From positions 434,001 through 498,000 of the forward strand of contig CAUYUJ010000137.1 in the NCBI GenBank assembly GCA_963575745.1: a DNA stretch of 64,000 nucleotides, given 5' to 3'. Positions 11,071-22,623 of the stretch are shown piece by piece. The stretch comes from Prorocentrum cordatum. Its lineage: Eukaryota. Positions within the stretch are counted from its first letter, which is position 1; every line of letters begins with the position of its first letter. A model generated the notes under the pieces. The model saw only the letters and a list, made by a program, of their open reading frames with translations, did no database searches and was not told the DNA's origin. The position numbers and the translations under genes were made by a program.

Positions 11071-12311
11071 CGGCCCGTGCGCAACTGTCTCTTGAAGTCG
11101 CGGTTCTGCTTCCATGTTTTTCTCCTCTGCGTCTGCATCTCCACTAGCACCTCTGGCACCTCTGTCTCGCAGAGGTCCCGGCTCTCCAGCGCGGCCAGGA
11201 GAACGATCTCGTCGTTCGTGCACATGCTGGAGACGTCGTCGTAGTCAAGCAAGTCGTCGTCCTCGTCGTCCTGCGCCGTCTGGTAGCTCGCCGAGCCGCC
11301 GACGCCGGTGGCCAGAGTCTCCGTCAGCATGGTCCTCATCTTGCTGGTGGCCAGCGTCTCTTTCTTGGTAATGTCCAATTCCCGAAGCGCCCTGATGGTG
11401 GACGAGTAGTCGTTCTTGTCTCCCGTGAGCACGCGCACGAGTTGGGCACTATGATCGTCAAGAGAAGCTCCTTCTTCGACAAACATCTGTTTCCAGTCAT
11501 CTGGAACTTCCATCCCTTGAACTCGAAGCTTATCAAATTGAAGATCAAGACGCGCTGTGAACTCCGTGAGTGTCTCATTGGGTCTTCTCTGAAACTGAAG
11601 TAGACACTCGCGGGCCGTTTTCCTCCTTTCATCTCCTCTTCTCTCACCTGACAGCACGTCCAAGTAGTCCAAAATGGCTCGGACGCCCCCACTGCTGGTC
11701 AATATATCATCTGTCAAGTGTTCTAACTTTCGTTGAAGCTCCACTCCAAGAGCTTTCATTACTTTGTCTGCGCGACGAGCCACTGCGACGTCCGTGCTCG
11801 ATTGCCATCTCACGATTCTTCGACGCCATAGCTTGAAATCCGGCCAGCCCATCCACGCTTCAGGATCCGTGTAGTCTCCTCTTTCCTTCCCGTCGGTCTT
11901 GCCCTGCCACTCGGATGGAGAAGACCACCACGAATCTGACCATCTGGTCTGCGGCGCCCACCATGACGCCGAGCTATTCTCGTTCCAGGCATTCCACTTC
12001 TGGTCCTCCGAAGTGTCGGCCTTCTTCCACGGATCTGTCACTGGGTCCGTGTGCCACACGTCGTCCTTCTCGCCGTAGCCCTGAGCTCCTGAGCGGCTCC
12101 TCCATTGTCCTTGCCCCTCGCCCTGGTCCCCACGCCAGCGCTCCCCAGAGGCTTCACAATGGTCACCGTTCTCTGCTCTCCTCTCCCATGGTCCGCTCGA
12201 CCACCAACCCTCCCCTTGGCCGGTGGGAGCTGCGGACTGCGGACCGGCACCTCTAGCACCTCGCAGCTCTTCCCGCACGACTTCTCGAATCACGCGGGCC
12301 AGCTCCGACAT
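10977..12311 (-). CDS. gag: Gag-like protein of element 1
   Basis: Open frame after the PBS (first ATG at 12311) with a Trp-rich N-terminus, FKLWRRRIVRW and RRPNETLTEF capsid-like motifs. Homology continues into the next ORF, which is in the -1 frame. Confidence 0.8.
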   Translation of the reverse strand: MSELARVIREVVREELRGARGAGPQSAAPTGQGEGWWSSGPWERRAENGDHCEASGERWRGDQGEGQGQWRSRSGAQGYGEKDDVWHTDPVTDPWKKADTSEDQKWNAWNENSSASWWAPQTRWSDSWWSSPSEWQGKTDGKERGDYTDPEAWMGWPDFKLWRRRIVRWQSSTDVAVARRADKVMKALGVELQRKLEHLTDDILTSSGGVRAILDYLDVLSGERRGDERRKTARECLLQFQRRPNETLTEFTARLDLQFDKLRVQGMEVPDDWKQMFVEEGASLDDHSAQLVRVLTGDKNDYSSTIRALRELDITKKETLATSKMRTMLTETLATGVGGSASYQTAQDDEDDDLLDYDDVSSMCTNDEIVLLAALESRDLCETEVPEVLVEMQTQRRKTWKQNRDFKRQLRTGRKYFGRLQTAFHRRLALIDPETRAAEVRTGR

Positions 12312-12511
12312 GCTACCATCCGTTCCAACCTTGCTAAATCCGCGATCACTCGCGGTCGGTGTCCGTGGCGTGGCGGACTGGACTCGCCGCCTTCCTTGAG
12401 CTGAGCACCCTCCTCGGCGTCCTCTGTCCGCTCGGTGCTCGCAGCAGCCATCGGAGGATTGAGCGGAGGCGCAGCAGCGTGAGAGCTCCCCGGACCGGGC
12501 GTGGTCGAGGA

Positions 12512-12523
12512 GCTCCGCTACCA
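12512..12523 (-). promoter_or_regulatory. Primer-binding site of element 1 (TGGTAGCGGAGC), probably initiator tRNA-Met
   Basis: Begins with TGG 1 nt after the LTR; resembles the iMet-type PBS TGGTA(G/T)CAGAG. Confidence 0.75.
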
Positions 12524-12524
12524 C

Positions 12525-12735
12525 TGTCAAACGAAACCTCCTCCTGATAGGCTCTGACTGCGAGTGAGCGGCGGTAAGATGACACGTTTATCTCGCCGAA
12601 GGCGCGTCAGCTACTAAAGGTGCCTGTAAGCCAAAAGATGATGACACAAATATACAACAGAGCATGACACATGCACAGGCAAAGAATATAATAACAAAGA
12701 GGTTTAATCTCATAGGGACACACTGAATTCACACA
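12525..12735 (-). repeat. 5' LTR of element 1
   Basis: Direct repeat of 3109-3319; TG...CA termini; followed on the minus strand by the PBS. Confidence 0.96.
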
Positions 12736-14284
12736 TGTAAGGATACAATCAAACATGTATCAAGGACGGGTGGTAAGGGCGCAAGACCCTTGGAGGCCGA
12801 AGCTGGATGTTGTGGGCGAAGGGCGACCAGTGAAAACTGCAAAGGACGGGCCACAGAGGCAAGGGCACAAGGGTACCCTAGATAAAGGCGCGCGTCCTTA
12901 CTAGGCGCGTTGACTGTAGGAAGGGATTCAAGGGTAAATGTACACTGATTGGGGAACCTCGTAGGACCCCTGATTCGGTTCGAGCTGGCCAGAGTCGATG
13001 CCGAATCGGATCGATCGGATCGAAGTGGATCCTGGGGGAGAGGCAGCAGCGCGAGGCATGGACACGACGTCGACCGCTGAGCGACCGCAGGATGAGACCA
13101 AAGAACTCTCAAGCTGCGATTGCGCAGTTTTTGTTCTTGGCCTGGCTCTAGAACATGTCGGATGGCTTCTAGATCGGAACCTCGGCGGCTACGGGTGGCG
13201 CAACAAACATACATGCATGCATGCACTCCTGCAGCAAATCACGCGGCCATGTGTTCGCAAGCATGCGCTGCAGAGCGGGCAGATTCGAACCGAGCCGGCC
13301 AGAGTCGATGCCGAATCAGGTCGATCGGATCGAAGGGGACCCCAGAGGCGGGGGGGCAGCAGCAGCAGCGGGCCCTCAGGAAGTGCGGGTTCTGGGGTGG
13401 GACTCTGCAGGGGACCAGCCCAGACCTTCGACGGCACGGTCCTTTCGAGCCGCTGGACGCAGGAGACTCTCGACCCCTTCCCCAGGGCTGGCTTTTCATC
13501 CTCGGTCGCTTCTTCACGGTTCAGGGCCCCAGACACGGCCCCCCACATGCCGCAAGCGGCACAAAAGACCTCGGGAACGATGTGTTCGAATCACCAAGGA
13601 GGTCAGGCGCCGGGGGGTCAAGACATCGGGGTGCGGTCCAGCCAGAAGCCCGAAGCGAATCCGGCCATGGCGACCATGACGCTCCAGGATTCAAGAACAA
13701 ATATCGAACTCGGACAAAACTCAGCACCCGCTCTTCCACCTTCTTTCTCCTCATTGACTACGCAATGCAGTGCCATGCTATGCATCGCGCACCATTTTGG
13801 GATCGTTGTCCATTTCAACGTCCTGCTGTGTCAAGATAGGGGGGCTCTACGCAATGGCAAGAGATGGGAGGAAAGGGGTACGACGTCAGGTATGACGCGA
13901 GCGCACTTAACTTGTCTTCTCCCCCTCGCGTCTCCCCATCGCTCCTCTCCCCAGATGGTTCCTCCCCACCCGCACTTCGCCCCTACCCCGATATCCCCCT
14001 CCCCGGGGGCCGTCCCAGCAGGGCACCACGCAAACGATTCGAGATCCAGCCCAGCCGATGCGCGACCTGCGCTCGAGGAAACGAGTTCCGCTTGTCCTTC
14101 GCTCAGGAATCCGACGGAGGTGGGGAGACAGAAAAGGTATCGATACCGATACTTCCCCAGACCTCCCAGGGTGCGTTCTGAGCAGGATGTCGAGGCGAAT
14201 CTGGCCGTGGCGACCAGGGCCTCCCAGGAGGGCCAAACAGATGTGAACATGGGGGAGGGGTAGCGGTATGGATGCCTGCTCCTC

Positions 14285-14995
14285 CTCTGAGGAGGTTGGC
14301 CAGGAGGAGAAGAGGGGGAGCAACACAGCGTGCGGACGAGCAGGAGGACGGCGACGACGGCGACGGCCGGGAGGAAAAGCCAAGAGAGCAGGGTGGAGGG
14401 AGAGAGGGAGGCAACAGCAAGGAGGCGCGAGGACGGGGAAGAGGCGGGAGGAGGGGAGGAGGAGGGGAGGAGGAGGGAGGAGAGGAGGAAGGATAAAATG
14501 GTAGACGGAGAGGCGGGGGAGGAGTGAAGGAGGGAGGGGAGGAGGGAGGGGGAGGGGAGAAGACACGGGGGGGGAGAGGGAGGAGGGGAGGAGGAAGGAG
14601 GGAGAAAGAGGGCAGAAAGGACGAGGGAGCAGGGGAGGAGAACGGAAGAGGGAGGCCCTCCCTCCTCTCCCCTGCCTGTTTCCTCCGAAGGCAGAGGGAG
14701 GAGGGAGGAGGCTTGACGTCCTCCGAGCAGAGGCGGGGAGAGGGGATGCTCGCCTCCTCTCCCTGCTCCCTCCGACGGCAGAGGAAGGCGGGAGGAGGCC
14801 TGACGTCCTTCGAGCAGAGGCGGGGAGAGGGGATGGATCAAGGGAGAGAACACGGGGGATCAGGAGGGGGCACGATGGATCAGGGGGAGCAGACAGGGCG
14901 GATGGGAAGGGGTCCAGGAGGAGATAGGAGATGAAGGAAAGAGGAATGGACGGGGGAAACGGAGAGGAGTGGGGGAAGGGGGCGGAAGGGAAACA
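14285..14995. repeat. Purine-rich (GGA/GA) low-complexity tract with a short internal duplication
   Basis: Direct reading; CGAGCAGAGGCGGGGAGAGGGGATG occurs twice. Confidence 0.85.
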
Positions 14996-15248
14996 CAGAA
15001 CTCCAACGTCGTCGGCATCGCAATCTGTTCGGAACGTCCCCGAGACTCCTTTCCCCTCATTCCGAGCACCGTTTTGACATTCCCCGGGGCCTGGTAAGGG
15101 CCCCTGGAGGCCGCAAATTGCCACGAACATTCCGCTGTGATGTCTCACATCGCGACGAGGTCTGAGACGAGGGGCAGTTCAGGAGGCGAGGCGTGGAGTG
15201 AGGAAACAATGGAGGCTTGGAAATGGGCACCAACACCATCACAGGAAG

Positions 15249-15410
15249 GTGCCTCCGCCGGGCAAAGATGATCCTAGAGTTCGGTGCTGGTGGTAATGTG
15301 TCGGCCGCATGGGACGCCCGAAGACTACCACCATCACCGAGATCGGGAGCGTCTTCCCTCGGTGGAGGCACACCGCCGATCTTGGTGCTGGTGTCAACCT
15401 CTAGGCCTCT
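15249..15410. repeat. Hairpin-forming dispersed repeat (second copy at ~45716-45875)
   Basis: GTGCCTCC...GGAGGCAC and CGGTGCTGGTGG...CCACCATCACCG stems, largely kept in both copies. Confidence 0.7.
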
Positions 15411-15435
15411 GGACACGGGAGCCCCCCCCTCGCAC

Positions 15436-15473
15436 TGGTACACAGCGGGACGGCCATCGACACCGTCCGCCAC
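15436..15473 (-). CDS. UTP11: UTP11 exon l (VADGVDGRPAVY + first two bases of Gln)
   Basis: ccag|GTGGCG acceptor, 38 nt, phase-2 GT donor (CA|GTGCGA). Confidence 0.85.
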
Positions 15474-15899
15474 CTGGACGGACGCAAGGCTGCACGGCAG
15501 CTCAGGATACAGCGACAAAGCACCCCTACCAGAGCAGAGGGAGGTGTCAGCATGACGGACACTGGTGCTGGAGGAAAGGCGTCTTGGATGCTGAGACCAT
15601 TGCTGCATTCTTCGGCGATCAACTGGATGTTCAAATGTGGGTTGGCAGGGGACGGCCGATAACGCAATATGTTCGCTTTGGGCATCCTCGCGTATACCAA
15701 CGCGCACCAGAATTACTGCGTATCCCCTTCGGACCTGCGTAACCAACAAAATCAATATAATTATCCGTGGGGGGTGGGGGGCGGGCGGACCCGATAACCC
15801 GGGCCACCGCCTGACCCTAGAACAGACTCTTTTGTTCGCCGTTTTCGCGGGCACGGGTGCTAGAACTGTCCAAAAACGCCTCGCGACGGAGAGCTGGTC

Positions 15900-16066
15900 T
15901 TAGGTCGGGCGTGTCCTCCTACAGGCGGATTTGGGACGAACATCAAAAATATCAAAACATATTCAACACATGTTCGAAACATCTTCAAAACAGATCAAGA
16001 ATCGTTCCGACTATTTTTGTTACTAATTTTCGGTATTGCTCCTGTGGAGGGACACGCCCGACTAAA
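15900..16066. mobile_element. MITE family A (TIR TTA(G/A)GTCGGGCGTGTCC; 8-bp TSD AGCTGGTC)
   Basis: Terminal inverted repeats, A-rich interior, and identical 8-bp flanks at 15892-15899 and 16067-16074. Confidence 0.85.
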
Positions 16067-16769
16067 AGCTGGTCCTGAGAAAAACCCCAGGGGTCTCGGA
16101 CCGCTTCCCTCGGCACTCACAGCCCACAGTTTCACACTGTCCCGATGCTATGTAGGTTGGTCTTTGTCGTCGCCATCCTCGTCGTCCAGCGATCCGCCTC
16201 GACTGCGTGCCAGTAGTAGAGGGCCCCAAGAGGGGGCCAAATCCGCCCCAAGATGGCCTCAAGGGCCCCTCAGAGAATCCCGAGATCCGCAAGACGCCCC
16301 AAGAGGCCCCCCAGAGGCCCCCCAGAGGCCCCAAAGACACCCAAAGACGCCCCCAAGTGGCCCTCCAAAGCCCCCGAGAGCCCTCCCAGAGTCCCCCGAT
16401 GGTCATCCCAAGAGACCCTCCTATGCATCCAAGAAGCCTCTGAGCCACAGCCCAGTCACGGCGGCGTCATGGGCCGAAGGTCATACGATATCCACCGCCC
16501 CATGTTGATTCATCACAGGGGTGCCTGGCGCGTGCTAGATGCTTTCGGTGTTGGCTTGCGACTACGACCCACGCCCACGCCGTACGGCGCCTGTGACATC
16601 TCGCGGCAAGCGATCCGCGCCCGCGTCCCTCCGCCAGGAGCGCCTGGGTGGACGAGGAGCCCCGGAGGAGCAGCCGTGTGGGGGACCTGAGCAACTGCAG
16701 GTCCCTTCCGAAGCCCAACAGCTTCTCATTTCAGCGTCGTGACCGTACAGCAAGCTGTGCTCTCCCACG

Positions 16770-17634
16770 AGCGGCTCAGCGCAAGATGCTGCAGACGGAC
16801 TTGGGCGAGCTGCCGGAGGAGAACTTCGTCAGAGAGCTCGTCTACGCAGACGACACCCTGCTGATCAATAGCGATCCACGCGTCGTGCAGGCGCTCATGA
16901 ATGCCATCGAAGCGTGCGGGACGCATTACGGGCTCAAACTGAACTGACAAAAAGTGGAACTATTGAGGGTAAGAGCTGGCGCTGATATTATGAACGCTTC
17001 TGGCGTCCCTATCGCGTGCAAGAGTTCAATCGCATATTTGGGCACCCGTCCTTCTGCAGACGGCAGAATTGGATCTGAACTGAGCTGCCGGAAAGGTGCA
17101 GCAGGGCAAAATTTCAAGTCCTGAATTATGTATGGGCGCATTCCACACTTAGCCGGGCGCGCAAGCTGCAACGCGTGCATTGTGTCGAAATTGATATACC
17201 GTATTTTTGCTGGCTGTCTGAAAACAAAAAACGAACGCAAACGGTTAGACGGAGTTCACGCCAGTTGCCTCCAGAAAATCTGCCGCGTGTCGTCGGCGTA
17301 TGTCAGCCGAGCGTCCAATTCTGCAGTTCTCGCCATGGCTGGACAGAGGCCTTTGAGTAAGAGTCTCTTCAAACGACAGATGGTCTTCCTGGGGCAACTC
17401 GCAAGGCGCCAAGACGAAGACCCTGTGCGACGTTCTGTTTTCGAGTCAGCTGGATTGTGTCTCCGTCCCCCGTCAGGCCCACGGGGACGCCCAAGACAAT
17501 CTTGGGGCAGCATGGTCATGCGAAATTGTTTGTCCGTGGCTGGCTCCAGGGAAGCCTTGTCTGTATTCTTCTGTCAAGGAGACAGAGCAGCGGCTTCGTG
17601 GGGGTCAGCAGTGAAGAGGTGGAGCCCGACGTAA
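16770..17634 (+). pseudogene. 5'-truncated, decayed non-LTR (LINE) reverse transcriptase fragment
   Basis: ELVYADDTLL (YADD at 16843-16854), YGLKLN*xK with a stop where W is expected, YLG, RLDGVHASCLQKI and RGRPRQSW, all typical of a LINE RT C-terminal region. Confidence 0.85.
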
Positions 17635-17848
17635 ACAGTGCCGATGTTCTGCACTAATGTTCTCAGGTTTCACCCTGCTCGCGCGCCGTCCGGCGCAAAG
17701 GCTTACGCTCGCTCGCTATCCGCGACCTCGCGGGCCAGGCCCCAGGGCCGCGACCTTGCGGATACGGGGACGATTTTTCGCTGATGCCCCGCACGGAAAA
17801 TATCCGTGCGACCGCGTATCCGCTGGATCGCGCCCCAGAATCCAGACC

Positions 17849-17905
17849 GCATAGGCGCGGAGACGGGTATGCTTGCGGCAAGCATACCCGTCTCCGCGCC
17901 TATGC
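17849..17905. repeat. Perfect 57-bp palindrome (28-bp arms, 1-nt centre)
   Basis: GCATAGGCGCGGAGACGGGTATGCTTGC-G-GCAAGCATACCCGTCTCCGCGCCTATGC. Confidence 0.95.
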
Positions 17906-19471
17906 TCGTGGCTGATGCTCGTCTCTGGGCTATGCCCCACCTTCCCGCCCCGCCCCTGCTCCCAGCCAGGACCCCTCACTCTTGCCTGCAACTGCGCGGC
18001 CCAAATGCAATCCCGCCGCGGATGGTGTACGAGGCAGCCGCGGGAGCACCGTGGTGAGCGGATGTGCTGCAGGCACTGTCTGCGAAGACACGGGCGAGCC
18101 CACGCAGAGGTGGGCAAGAGACTGGCAGGCTGTGGCCACAGGCCGCACGGCAGCTGCCCTGAAGGCACCTGGGTGCTGTGCCCAGGGGCAGATGTACAAC
18201 GCAGGCATGCAGGATGTGGCGCGCGAGGACGCAAGGAGAAAGCCGTTGGCTCTGATCAGCCGCGAGGAAGCCGCTGGCCACTCATGAGCGAGCGGTGTGC
18301 AACCCAGGGAAGCTTGGTCGAATCTGTCGGCAGAGGAGATGGCGCCCCCCTGCAGGTGCCACGACGGGGGGCTTGTGCGCCCGAGAGCCGCGAGCGGGCC
18401 CGGCACCTTCCCGCTCCACTCCGCACTCTCGAGCGAGAGGCAGTCTGTAAAAAACAAAAAACATGCATACATAACAGGACATTCTCAAACAACCACACAC
18501 ACGCACGCACGCACGCACGCACGCACGCGCACACACACACACACAGACACATGCACATGCACACACACACAGACACACACACACACACTGCAAAAAGAAA
18601 GCAATAAATGCACGCATAAAAAACGCTCTCACACAAAAGCACTATTTCTTGATATGTGTGTGTGTTTTTTCCTCTCTCTCTCTCTCTCTGAATCACACAC
18701 GCAATACACAAAACGAAAACTGTGTCGGCCACTGTCGACAGCCTGTTTGATCTTGCTTCGGGCAGCGTCGCCTGAACGGCGGCCTTAGCCGACCCTGGCT
18801 GCGGCGAAAAGAGGCCCTCACCCAGGCGGAGTGAAGACGGAACATGTGTATCAGCAAAAACTGTCAGAGGTCCGTGCGGATTTCTTAGGTCTGCGCTGGG
18901 CCCCCCTGGAGGCGCCTCCAGAGGCGCCCCTTGTACAGCCCTGGTCCAAGAAATCAGCGCGGACCTCCAAAACAGATTGTTTATACCGATGTACGCAGTT
19001 CTTCGAAGAGCAAGTCCCCGCTGACCCAGCGGCGTGAAGCGGCAATCGCGAGACCAAGTAAGCAGGCATCAGTCCACACTGAGTGGTGACACGCGCTTCC
19101 CCTTTGCCGCATCATCCTCTCACCGTTCACCTTGTCCTCCTCGCCCTCCAAACTAAGTACCACCGCGTCATGCCCACTCATCTCATCAACGACGAAACAC
19201 GGCAGGAAGAAAGAGAGAGAGAGAGAGACATAGAGAGACAGAGAGAGACATACAAAAGATATCATTGCAAACCTGACTCCAACATGACCTCGATGTGGCA
19301 GGAGGAGCGGGCGGAGGGATGAGTGCTTCAATATGATGTGGCATGTCAATCGACCTCGTCTTGCCCAGTCCCATGCGTGATAAGCGGCATATAGATCCGA
19401 TAAGAAATGAAAGCTGGTAAAAGCGGTGGAGGTTGGCACGAAGAAGACACACGACAATGCAAGGACCCCGC

Positions 19472-19510
19472 CTTTCTTCGACGGCCTTTTTGCCGAAGAT
19501 TGTGTCGCAG
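19472..19510 (-). CDS. UTP11: UTP11 exon k (LRHNLRQKGRRRK)
   Basis: aag|CTGCGA acceptor, 39 nt, GC donor; LxxKGxRxK motif. Confidence 0.85.
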
Positions 19511-21248
19511 CTTGCGGGGGGAGTCGCAAGGCGCAGGCACACGTAGCGTGGACGGGTATGGAAGAAAGAGTGGTCGTCAAGGGGGCTTGCCGAATCAGGA
19601 GGCAGGAGGTCCCAATGTATTGAGAAAGCGCCTGGCGGCGTTGCCAACCCATGTGCATGAAGCATATTCCGTGTCCCCTCCCCTCCCTATCCAACCCTAT
19701 CGTCCGACCCGAGGAGGCACAGCCACAGCGCAGGCAGACGCAGCGTGAAGGGCTGGCGATGCAGTGGCGACGGCTGGCTCGGAGCGGAAAGCTTGCGTGG
19801 AGGCCCTGTTGCGAAGAGCGAGGGCTGCCACCGAGATCTAGGCAAGGGCGCTGACAGAATGCCTCCCACGCGGGACCAGAGGCCGCGGCCCCAAGATGGG
19901 CGCCGGACAATTACACAGGTCCACCTCCTTCCTCCTCCCTTCCCCTCCTCCTCCTCTGATTGTTTTCTTTGTTTCTGTGAGGGGGATGGGGGAACAACGG
20001 CGTGGACCTGTATAACTCTTCTCTTACGATAACATCGTACCGCGTCGCCGGTACAATTTGCGGTTGGGTACTGCCAGATTAACTCGGGAGTTCCCTTAAG
20101 ATTGATCGTGGGACCTGCCGCCATTTGGTATGGTAACCCAAAGGTCGCGCAAGGGGATCGTTGGGGGCGTGTACGACGCGTCGCCTGGGGCTGAAAGAGA
20201 TCAAACAAAGAGCTGGGGTGCCCGAATCTGGCTCCGCATTGCCCAATGCCCCGGGGTAGGACGCTTCCGTGTATATATATATATACACATACATACATGT
20301 ACATACGGGTGCACATACATAATGTGTACGTATGCATGGGTATCTATGTGTATGGTTGTATGTATGCATGCATGTATGTATGGGTGAATGTATGCATGTA
20401 TGTATGTACATTTTCCTCTTCCTATAGTTTTCTAAGCTAGGGCGGGGGGACCCCCCCAAAAAAAACTGGACTCCCGGGATCTGGGGCTTTGGGACCCTAT
20501 GGACGGGCCTCGAAGCGACACCCCGGGCCTCGCAGGGCGTGGCGCGCTCCCGAAACGACCCCAGAGAGCCCCAATACGGTCCACGACGACCCCCAAGAAG
20601 CCGTCATACCCCCAAAGATCGTCCCGAAACGTCCCAAGAGGCCTCCATGAGCACTCCCAAGAGGGCCCCAAGTGGCAAAAATCATTTTTTTTATCGTTTC
20701 TGGTGAATTTTGAGGTTCTCCTCTTTTCGGCTTCCCACCGCTCCAAGACGGCGGTCTTCTGGGCGTCCGAAGCCGCCTGGGAGGCTCAAAAAACGCCCCA
20801 CAACCGTCTGAAAGAGCTTCCAGGCAGTCCAAGAGGGCCCCAAAATGGCACAACAGGGGTCCAAGATGGTTTTCAGAGAGCCCCATGGCGGCCCAAGATG
20901 GCCCCAAGACATCCTCCGAAGCATTCCAAATCGTGACCCGGTCGTTCAGGGAGACCGCGGTTGGAGGCAGGGTGGCCCGAGAAGCCCCCAGAGGCCCCCA
21001 GAATACGCCCAGGAGGCCTCCAGAAGGCCTTTCAGAAAGCCTGAAACAACTTTTGTGAGGCCCCCAAAGACTCTCCAAGGAAGAGCCTCCGCAAAAAGAG
21101 CTGAGGAGGTTAGGGAGAATGCGCAGGGCATGGCGAAAATGAGGAATTACCCTGTGACGTACCCAACCCATTTGTATCAATGGAAACGATGAGTTGGCCG
21201 AAACTTGTATGGACAGTCAACTTGATGTGTAAGCTGCCTGGGAGGCGT

Positions 21249-22623
21249 CACTGTGCTGGGCCCCGCAAGCAGGCCTCGAAAGTGGCGACAGTTTTACAGA
21301 TCGCAGCCCCCCAGGGATAGCGAGGTCTAATTAGAATCTGCGTGTGGCGTCACTGTGCTGGGCCCCCCAGCACGCCGCGAAAGTGGCGACAGTTTCACAG
21401 ATCGCAGCCCCCAGGGATGGCGAGGTCCAATTTGAGTCCGCCGTGGGTACCCACTGTGCTGGGCCCCCCAGCAGCCCTCGAAAGTGGCGACAGTTTCACA
21501 GATCGCAGCCCCCCAGGGATGGCGAGGTCCCATTTGAGTCCGCCGTGTGTGCCCACTGTGCTGGGCCCCCAGCAGGCCTCGAAAGTGGCGACAGTTTCAC
21601 AGATCGCAGTCCCTGGGATGGCGAGGTCCAATTTGAGTCCGCCGTGTGTACCCACTGTGCTGGGCCCCCCAGCAGGCCTGGAAAGTGGTTTCACAGATCG
21701 CAGCCCCCCAAGGATGGCGATGTCCAATTTGAGTCCGCAGTGTGTACCCACTGTGCTGGGCCCCCCAGCAGGCCTCGAAAGTGGCGACAGTTTCACAGAT
21801 CGCAGCCCCCCAGAATGGCGAGGTCCAATTTGAGTCCGCCGTGTGTACCCACTGTGCTGGGCCCCCCAGCAGGCCTCGAAAGTGGCTACAGTTTCACAGA
21901 TCGCAGCCCCCCAGGGATGGCGAGGTCCAATTTGAGTCCGCCGTGGGTACCCACTGTGCTGGGCCCCCCAGCAGGCCTCGAAAGTTGCGACAGTTTCACA
22001 GATTGTGAGTCCGCCGTGTGTACCCACTGTGCTGGGCCCCCCAGCAGTGGCGACAGTTTCGCAGCGGGATGGCGAGGTCCCCGTGAACTGTTCCCAGAGG
22101 AAAGTGGCGACAGTTTCACAGATCGCAAGGGATGGCGAGGTGAGTCCGCCGTGGGTACCCACTGTGCTGGGCCCCCCAGCAGGCCTCGAAAGTGGCGACA
22201 GTTTCACAGATCGCAGCCCCCCAGGGATGGCGAGGTCTTTGAGTCCGCCGTGTGTACCCACTGTGCTGGGCCCCCCAGCAGGCCTCGAAAGTGGCGACAG
22301 TTTCACAGATCGCAGCCCCCCAGGGATGGCGAGGTCCAATTTGAGTCCGCCGTGTGTACCCACTGTGCTGGGCCCCCCAGCAGGCCTCGAAAGTGGCGAC
22401 AGTTTCACAGATCGCAGCCCCCCAGGGATGGCGAGGTCCAATTTGAGTCCGCCGTGTGTACCCACTGTGCTGGGCCCCCCAGCAGGCCTCGAAAGTGGCG
22501 ACAGTTTCACAGATCGCAGCCCCCCAGGGATGGCGAGGTCCATTTGAGTCCGCCGTGGGTACCCACTGTGCTGGGCCCCCCAGCAGGCCTCGAAAGTGGC
22601 GACAGTTTCACAGATCGCAGCCC
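21249..22623. repeat. Tandem satellite, 102-bp unit, about 14 copies
   Basis: CACTGTGCTGGGCCCCCCAGCAGGCCTCGAAAGTGGCGACAGTTTCACAGATCGCAG... recurs every 102 bp (22261, 22363, 22465); deleted units near 22000-22150. Confidence 0.95.

Larger units (their letters stand above)
3109..12735 (-). mobile_element. Full-length Ty1/copia-type LTR retrotransposon (element 1) carrying a DNMT-like domain
   Basis: 211-bp TG...CA LTRs with 2 mismatches, 4-bp TSD TGTA (3105-3108 and 12736-12739), PBS, and domain order gag, CCHC knuckle, protease, MTase-like, integrase, RT, RNase H. Integrase before RT is the copia order. Confidence 0.96.

Noticed and set aside
3109..12735. Gypsy or DIRS classification for the LTR elements
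   Set aside because: Integrase precedes RT, the LTRs are direct TG...CA repeats, and the RT/RNase H motifs are copia-type.
12998..15854. Long ORFs of 250-420 aa, and many similar ones across the window
   Set aside because: Low-complexity, GC-rich or purine-tract sequence with no recognisable motifs; they lie within UTP11 introns.
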